A DNA stretch of 64,000 bases from a virus. Lineage: Duplodnaviria > Caudoviricetes. Positions within the stretch are counted from its first letter, which is position 1, and each line of letters opens with the position of its first letter. A model generated the notes under the pieces. It made no database searches. It worked only from the letters and a program-made list of their open reading frames with translations, and was not told where the DNA came from. The position numbers were made by a program, and so were the translations under genes. The stretch spans positions 1-64,000 of IMG/VR virus record IMGVR_UViG_3300038312_000327. The stretch is one strand, 5' to 3'. Positions 55,264 through 64,000 of this stretch are shown in pieces.

Positions 55264-55321
55264 AAGTTTGCATTGTCGTCATTTAATCACTCGATTTCAG
55301 AGTTATTAAACTTAGATGTTG

Positions 55322-55353
55322 CAAAAATATGAACTTATTTCATATTATGCAAA
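55322..55353 (-). promoter_or_regulatory. Early leftward promoter
   Basis: TTTG-N20-TATTTTTG, exact consensus on the minus strand. Confidence 0.8.
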
Positions 55354-55377
55354 TATTTATAAGAATAAATTTCATAT
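55327..55377. promoter_or_regulatory. Two candidate repressor operators
   Basis: ATATGAA-N5-TTCATAT (55327-55345) and ATAAGAA-N5-TTCATAT (55359-55377). Confidence 0.7.
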
Positions 55378-55396
55378 TTCCTGAAATAATTTTTAT

Positions 55397-56116
55397 ATGT
55401 CTATAAATCAAGAACTAAAAAAGATCATATCTGAAATAAAATACAATTTCGAGATAAATCAAGCTGAGATAGCTGATAAACTAGAGGTTACGCCTACTTA
55501 TTTATCAGATATGATTAACGGTAGAGTTCCCTTTTCAGACAGTATAAAGATCAAAATATATGAAGTTTTCAAAATAGATATCAGAGAAAATACGAACAAT
55601 CTTCTTATTGACGAATTAAACTACGATTTGATCGATACCGAAGAAAAATACAAAAAAGCTATTGCGGCTGGTTTAAAGATGTTACCTGAAGTAGATTTTA
55701 TATTTTCAGCTGGTCAAAAGGCATTGACAGCTAATACAGATACAACGGTTAGATTTTGGCACTTGCCAGATTGTGAGGATTGTGAAGCAATTGCAAGAAT
55801 GGCTGGAAATTCAATGATGCCGACCTTACCTCCTGGATGTCAGTTGGCATTAAAAAGATATGGATATGACATTACCAGGCCAAACACTATCGCATTTGGT
55901 AATATGTACGGAATAGTTGTAGAGGACCCATCGACGGGCCTATGGCATGGACATATTAAAGTGTTGAGACGTCATAGAGATCCTGAATTGGCAAAGAAGT
56001 ACTGGATTGCTCATTCGATAAATACAGCTGAGTATGATGATTTCGATATTGATTTAACCTTGGTGCGCGGATTGTGGGTTGTAAAACAGCATGTGGTTAC
56101 AAACGTATTATTATAG
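55397..56116 (+). CDS. CI/LexA-like repressor (HTH + S24 peptidase-like domain)
   Basis: QAEIADKLEVTPTYLSDM HTH; GNSMMP. Confidence 0.85.
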   Translation: MSINQELKKIISEIKYNFEINQAEIADKLEVTPTYLSDMINGRVPFSDSIKIKIYEVFKIDIRENTNNLLIDELNYDLIDTEEKYKKAIAAGLKMLPEVDFIFSAGQKALTANTDTTVRFWHLPDCEDCEAIARMAGNSMMPTLPPGCQLALKRYGYDITRPNTIAFGNMYGIVVEDPSTGLWHGHIKVLRRHRDPELAKKYWIAHSINTAEYDDFDIDLTLVRGLWVVKQHVVTNVLL

Positions 56117-56137
56117 ACAAATATAAGAGTAATAAAC

Positions 56138-56683
56138 ATGTTTACTCTCAAGTTCAAAAGATCTAAATCGAAAAACTATCCGCTTGTCAAAAAGCTAGCA
56201 AATAATTTTATTGAACATACCTTTGAGAATGATCTACATGTAATACATTTATCTATCAAAGAATTATTTGAGAAATGGGATTACTTCAATCTCATGTTCT
56301 GGAAATCGGTAGATTGGGTAGGATCGACATTTGGGTATGATGGTTTTGATTTGCATGGACATGAAGACAAGACGAGGATATTCTATGCATTGCAGACAGC
56401 CCATGTGAAATGGATATGTTTATCTGAAGGATATTTATCGCAAATCGCACCGGCATACTTCGACGAATCACTTATTGAAAGAATTAAAGGGGAGACATTT
56501 AATAGTGAAGATACCGACAGAATTTTGGACTATATACTCGCGGAATCAAACCGGAAAGAGTATGAAAAGGAATATGGATATTTGGAATTTAGAACACCAC
56601 TCCGAAATAGTGATTTTTTCGGGAGATATCTTTTGAGAGAGGAAAAGAAATTACTTGAAAAAAATAAAGATGGATCAGATTGA
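56138..56683 (+). CDS. Hypothetical protein co-oriented with the repressor
   Basis: 181-aa ORF. Confidence 0.7.
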   Translation: MFTLKFKRSKSKNYPLVKKLANNFIEHTFENDLHVIHLSIKELFEKWDYFNLMFWKSVDWVGSTFGYDGFDLHGHEDKTRIFYALQTAHVKWICLSEGYLSQIAPAYFDESLIERIKGETFNSEDTDRILDYILAESNRKEYEKEYGYLEFRTPLRNSDFFGRYLLREEKKLLEKNKDGSD

Positions 56684-56822
56684 TAAGGATAAGATCATCG
56701 CATTACAGCGCCAAAAGATTGAGGATTTAAGTATAAAAGTGAACGCTTTGGAACAGGAGGTCGCCCTACTCCATCATGAAATAAAACAGCAAAAAAAGGC
56801 GAAAAAATCGCCCACTCTTTGA
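56670..56822 (+). CDS. 50-aa coiled-coil protein (not in ORF track)
   Basis: MDQIDKDKIIALQRQKIEDL.. overlapping the previous stop. Confidence 0.45.
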   Translation: MDQIDKDKIIALQRQKIEDLSIKVNALEQEVALLHHEIKQQKKAKKSPTL

Positions 56823-56895
56823 AATATCTTATAAATAAAAAACCAATATCGCATAAATGGCTATAATGCAACTTGTTGCAAGGAAACAAAACACT

Positions 56896-56939
56896 CCTTA
56901 CAAGCAGAGGGTCGGCGGTTCGAATCCGTCAACGCCCAC
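56896..56939 (+). repeat. attR core
   Basis: Identical to 33-76. Confidence 0.97.
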
Positions 56940-56950
56940 ACCAAATGATC

Positions 56951-56986
56951 AAGCACTTATCGAAATTTCGATAGGTGCTTTTTTAT
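56951..56986 (+). terminator. Displaced terminator of the original tRNA locus
   Basis: AAGCACTTATCGAA-at-TTCGATAGGTGCTT followed by a T run. Confidence 0.8.
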
Positions 56987-57098
56987 TTCTCGCACATAAT
57001 TCGCACATAACTTTCCCGCACGCCTCATATACTTTTCTTACTCTCATTAGCTTTGTTTTAATAAAAACAATAGACCCTTCCTCTTTTTTACGTCTTAC

Positions 57099-57115
57099 AA
57101 GTCGCATTATGAGAA
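57099..57115. repeat. hsdS inversion site IR1
   Basis: AAGTCGCATTATGAGAA; perfect inverted copy at 60470-60486. Confidence 0.85.
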
Positions 57116-57146
57116 CTTTTTCGAAGTTCCTGACAGTTGGACATGG

Positions 57147-58355
57147 GTGAAGTTAGGCGAAATTGGTGATTGGCAATCAGGTTCAACACCTAGTCGTTCG
57201 AATAAAGATTATTTTAATGGAAATATTTTATGGCTTAAAACAGGTGATTTGAAAGATAATTATATTTATGAGATTCCTGAAAAAATAACAGAGAAGGCTT
57301 TAATTGAAACATCACTTAAGGTAAATCCTATCGGCAGTGTATTGATTGCAATGTATGGGGCAACCATAGGGAAAGTGGGTATTCTAACACAACCGGCAAC
57401 CACTAATCAAGCATGCTGTGCTTGTTCAAATTTTAAGGGAATAAGCAACTTATACCTTTTTTATCTATTGATTGCATATAGAGATTACTTCATTCAGTTG
57501 GGAGAAGGAGGTGCTCAACCAAACATCTCAAAGATAAAAATAACGTCAACTTATATTCCACTTCCTCCTCTCGCAGAACAACACAGAATAGTTTATGAAA
57601 TTGAAAGATTATTTGAACTTGTCGATACTGTCGAAGAAAATAAACTTTCCTTAGAGCAATTCATCGCACAAACCAAATCCAAAGTTTTAGACCTTGCCAT
57701 TCGAGGTAAACTTGTACCGCAAGACTCTAGCGATGAACCTGCTTCGGTACTTTTAGAGCGAATAAGAAATGAGCAAAAGTTTAAGAAAACGACTTCTGAT
57801 AAATTTCCTTATCCGTTTGAGATACCTAAAAATTGGGAATGGTGTAGGTTACACGACATTGCAGATGTTTCTTTAGGAAAAACATTAGATCGGCTAAAAA
57901 ACACAGGAGTGTTTAAGTGCTATCTAAGAAGTATCAATGTTAAATGGGGAATTATAGATTTATCTGATGTGAAAGAAATGAAATTTGAAGAAGAGGAGGA
58001 AGAACGATATAGTCTTAAATATGGGGATTTATTGATTTGTGAAGGCGGGGAAGCTGGTAGAGCTGCTGTTTGGAAATACAAGGACAAATCAATGCGGTAC
58101 CAAAATGCGATTCATAGAGTTCGTTTTAATTTTGATTTTGAAGCCGATTTTTATATGTATGTCTTTTGGCATTATCACAACTCAAAGATTTTAGATAAAT
58201 ACAGTAAAGGTGTTACAATAAAGCATTTAACAGGACAGGCTTTGAAGCAAATGAGATTCCCTTTACCGCCTATAGCAGAGCAAAAACGCATAGTTTCTCA
58301 AATTGAAAATATGTTTTTTCAATTGGATATTATTGAAGAAGCTTTAAAAGCGTAG
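57147..58355 (+). CDS. hsdS: Silent type I R-M specificity cassette (two TRDs), in frame from IR1
   Basis: GSTP, QPNIS, PLPPLAEQ; lacks the N-terminal conserved leader of the expressed copy. Confidence 0.9.
   Translation: MKLGEIGDWQSGSTPSRSNKDYFNGNILWLKTGDLKDNYIYEIPEKITEKALIETSLKVNPIGSVLIAMYGATIGKVGILTQPATTNQACCACSNFKGISNLYLFYLLIAYRDYFIQLGEGGAQPNISKIKITSTYIPLPPLAEQHRIVYEIERLFELVDTVEENKLSLEQFIAQTKSKVLDLAIRGKLVPQDSSDEPASVLLERIRNEQKFKKTTSDKFPYPFEIPKNWEWCRLHDIADVSLGKTLDRLKNTGVFKCYLRSINVKWGIIDLSDVKEMKFEEEEEERYSLKYGDLLICEGGEAGRAAVWKYKDKSMRYQNAIHRVRFNFDFEADFYMYVFWHYHNSKILDKYSKGVTIKHLTGQALKQMRFPLPPIAEQKRIVSQIENMFFQLDIIEEALKA
57663..57820. repeat. hsdS central inverted repeats IR2
   Basis: 57663-57764 vs 59818-59919 (98/102); 57786-57820 vs 59762-59796 (33/35). 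Confidence 0.9.
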
Positions 58356-58383
58356 AATTCTACTTTCTACGCTTTTAGTTGGT

Positions 58384-59187
58384 TTACCATGTAACTATTT
58401 TATCAACAATACTTTGTTGTTCACTTGCGGTTCTACGCAAATAAATGCGAGTGGTTTCGATGCTTTCATGACCCATTAAATCGGCTAATAACGAAATATC
58501 ATTAAACTTTTCAAGGAAATTTTTGGCAAACCGATGCCGAAATGAATGCGGATAAATAACTTTTTTATTGAGACCGTATTTTTCTGCAAAATATTTGAGT
58601 TGTTGAGCAATTCCTCTTGCTGAAATCCTATCACCAAAGCGATTTTTGAAAATATAACCTGAGCTTATTTCTTTGTTTTTTAGCCAAATAGTAGCCTCAT
58701 CTCTAAGTTTCTTGGGTATGTAAAGACGCCTAATTTTACCGCCTTTGGTGTACAAATCCAAATAGCCTACTTCTATATGTTCAACTTTTATTTGAAGCAG
58801 TTCGCTTATACGAGCACCGGTCGCGGCAAGAAACCATATAACAAAATACCATTCGGTATATCCGTCATTTTTTAGTTTGGTTTTCAGAAACTTATAGTCC
58901 GCATCGCTGACCACGTTTTCAAGAAAATTCTTCTGCTGAACTTTTACGAATTTAAGTTTCAAACGCTCTTTGTTGGTAAATTCAAGAAACTTGTTTAGTG
59001 CCTGCAATCTTAAATTCACAGTTTGAGGTTTGAAGTGTTCGATTAAGAAACCCTTGTAAGCCAATAGGTTTTCTTTGTCAATCTTTTCGTATTGGGCAAT
59101 AAAATGATTGACAGTCCATACATAAGACCTAATCGTGCTTGCGGAAAGGTCGTTCTTTTCAAGAAATTTTTGAAATTTTGTTACCAT
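58384..59187 (-). CDS. Tyrosine recombinase (invertase) of the hsdS shufflon
   Basis: TGARISE, HSFRH, MGH, TRIY; lies between inverted hsdS copies. Confidence 0.9.
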   Translation of the reverse strand: MVTKFQKFLEKNDLSASTIRSYVWTVNHFIAQYEKIDKENLLAYKGFLIEHFKPQTVNLRLQALNKFLEFTNKERLKLKFVKVQQKNFLENVVSDADYKFLKTKLKNDGYTEWYFVIWFLAATGARISELLQIKVEHIEVGYLDLYTKGGKIRRLYIPKKLRDEATIWLKNKEISSGYIFKNRFGDRISARGIAQQLKYFAEKYGLNKKVIYPHSFRHRFAKNFLEKFNDISLLADLMGHESIETTRIYLRRTASEQQSIVDKIVTW

Positions 59188-59229
59188 ATTTTTTGTTGTT
59201 TAAAAATTTACGGTAACAAAACGTTTTTT

Positions 59230-60660
59230 TTAAGTATTCGCCTGTAAGTTTACTTGCATTTTATCCAACATCTTGAAAATCTCCTCGATTTTTTCAACTA
59301 TTCGTAGTTGTTCGGATAGCGGGGGAATTGGGTATAAAAAAGTAGTGATATTGGTGTTGTTTATCGAAGGAGAATTATCTCCTTTCATAAATGAATTCAA
59401 GCCGTTTATTACATAGTTAGATAGCATTAGAAAATATAAATACCTTGGATATAGCAATTTGTTTGGTTTGCATACGTAAAAACCCGTTGATGCTATACAC
59501 TTATCATGTTTTCTGTCAACATAAGCAATGTTTTCAAGGTACGGTCTTACCATTGAGAATAATGTATCGCCCTTATTTATCAATCTACTAGCTCTGCTTG
59601 GAGCCTCAGAGACTTTTAACTTCCTACTTTCTTTGATTACATGTTTTTCATTGTCAATGGCTTCAATATCTATGTAATTAAAGTAATCTCCGACTGGTTT
59701 CTTGTTTTCCATTGGATTAAAACAGGTGAACCCATTAGCCCAAATCCAACCACTCGGCACTTCAAACGGATAAGGAAATTTATCGGAAGTTGTTTTTGAT
59801 AATTTCAGCTCCTTCCGTATTCGCTCTAAAAGTACCGAAGCTGGCTCATCGCTAGAGTCTTGCGGTACAAGTTTACCTCGAATGGCGAGGTCTAAAACTT
59901 TGGATTTAGTTTGTGCGATATATTGCACCAAAGAGAGAGAGCTATCTTCAATTTCATCGATTACTTCGATAACAGAATCTGCAATACGAACTATTCGTTT
60001 TTGTTCTTCTATGGGAGGTAAAGGAAAAAGTGCATTTTCTCCATCATGAGTACCCAATCTGGGCATTTTAACTCCATAGCAACATTCTGCAGTATATTCC
60101 AAAAAATAACTAGACATTAATACATGTCTTGCAAACTTAGGAACAACAAATCCATTAAAATCCAAAGGCAGAATTTCGGTAGTACAGTATCCTTCGACGT
60201 CGGCAACTAAAACTTTATTCAAATAGGTCCTTAGTTTGCTGTATAAAACATCTCCTTTTTTGAATTTATTTCTTACACTTTTGGTCTCTTTTTCGTTTTT
60301 ATGAACTCGTTTTAGCAGTTTTCCCGTATCTTTCTCAATATCTTCCAAATCCAAAATCCATGCATTCTCGTTTATTTCTGATGGACTAGCCTTTTCATTT
60401 TTCCCATAATCGCAGAGATTACCTAATTTCACCCACTCCCAGCTCTCAGGCACCTCAAACGGCACTTCCTTCTCATAATGCGACTTAGCACCACTTTTTT
60501 TCTTATCCGCCTTAATCTTTTTTTCTTTGATTAGACGTTCTTTCTCAGCTCGTATTCTTTCGAGCAATACAGATGCAGGTTCGTCATTTGGGTCTTGTGG
60601 AACGAGTTTACCACGAATGGCAAGGTCTAATATTTTTTGTCGTAATTGTTTCGTGTTCAT
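59230..60660 (-). CDS. hsdS: Expressed type I R-M specificity subunit
   Basis: DLAIRGKLVPQD repeats, two TRDs, downstream of hsdM. Confidence 0.93.
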   Translation of the reverse strand: MNTKQLRQKILDLAIRGKLVPQDPNDEPASVLLERIRAEKERLIKEKKIKADKKKSGAKSHYEKEVPFEVPESWEWVKLGNLCDYGKNEKASPSEINENAWILDLEDIEKDTGKLLKRVHKNEKETKSVRNKFKKGDVLYSKLRTYLNKVLVADVEGYCTTEILPLDFNGFVVPKFARHVLMSSYFLEYTAECCYGVKMPRLGTHDGENALFPLPPIEEQKRIVRIADSVIEVIDEIEDSSLSLVQYIAQTKSKVLDLAIRGKLVPQDSSDEPASVLLERIRKELKLSKTTSDKFPYPFEVPSGWIWANGFTCFNPMENKKPVGDYFNYIDIEAIDNEKHVIKESRKLKVSEAPSRASRLINKGDTLFSMVRPYLENIAYVDRKHDKCIASTGFYVCKPNKLLYPRYLYFLMLSNYVINGLNSFMKGDNSPSINNTNITTFLYPIPPLSEQLRIVEKIEEIFKMLDKMQVNLQANT

Positions 60661-60764
60661 ATTTTATCATTAGCAAGTTACAAGCAAGTTAAAAACCCAA
60701 CTTTAACATCTCATAATCAACACATTAATGGTTTAAGTTGATGTAAAAGCAAGTTGCAGGCATG

Positions 60765-64000
<3,236 letters not shown>

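Larger units (their letters stand above)
33..56939. mobile_element. Temperate siphovirus-type prophage (~56.9 kb), apparently complete
   Basis: 44-bp direct repeat at both ends; integrase, repressor, replication, terminase, portal, capsid, tape measure, tail and lysis genes inside; no sheath gene recognised. Confidence 0.95.

Noticed and set aside
56857-57150. 97-aa ORF in the track
   Set aside because: It spans the attR core and tRNA terminator, so it is a junction artefact.

Overview
Bacteroidota (Bacteroidales-like, judged from TTTG-N19/20-TAnnTTTG promoters) chromosomal window. Positions 33-56939 are an apparently complete ~56.9 kb siphovirus-type prophage integrated in tRNA-Val(TAC) and bounded by a perfect 44-bp att repeat. 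Rightward, it carries integrase, a methylase/clamp/replication/sigma block, terminase, tail module, head module, tail tube/chaperones and lysis genes. Leftward, it carries the CI-controlled early recombination operon. Cargo includes a class IIC group II intron, a KilA-N/ANT antirepressor cassette, a MuF protein with a JAB-like C-terminus, and several opposite-strand morons (NDT-IF2_N fusion, lipoprotein, KAP NTPase, STAS-GHKL-DUF4325-like protein, membrane protein). Beyond attR is a type I R-M locus with an invertible hsdS shufflon. The most unusual signal is non-coding: short exact boxes (TAAAGCGAGTTGG[ATTT] and GCTTAACACC) link the terminators gating int and the replication operon to an RNA segment of the early operon and to a 78-nt C4/CI-like RNA upstream of the antirepressor. 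This suggests an RNA-RNA switch network. All protein calls come from motif recognition by eye; no database searches or folding computations were run.
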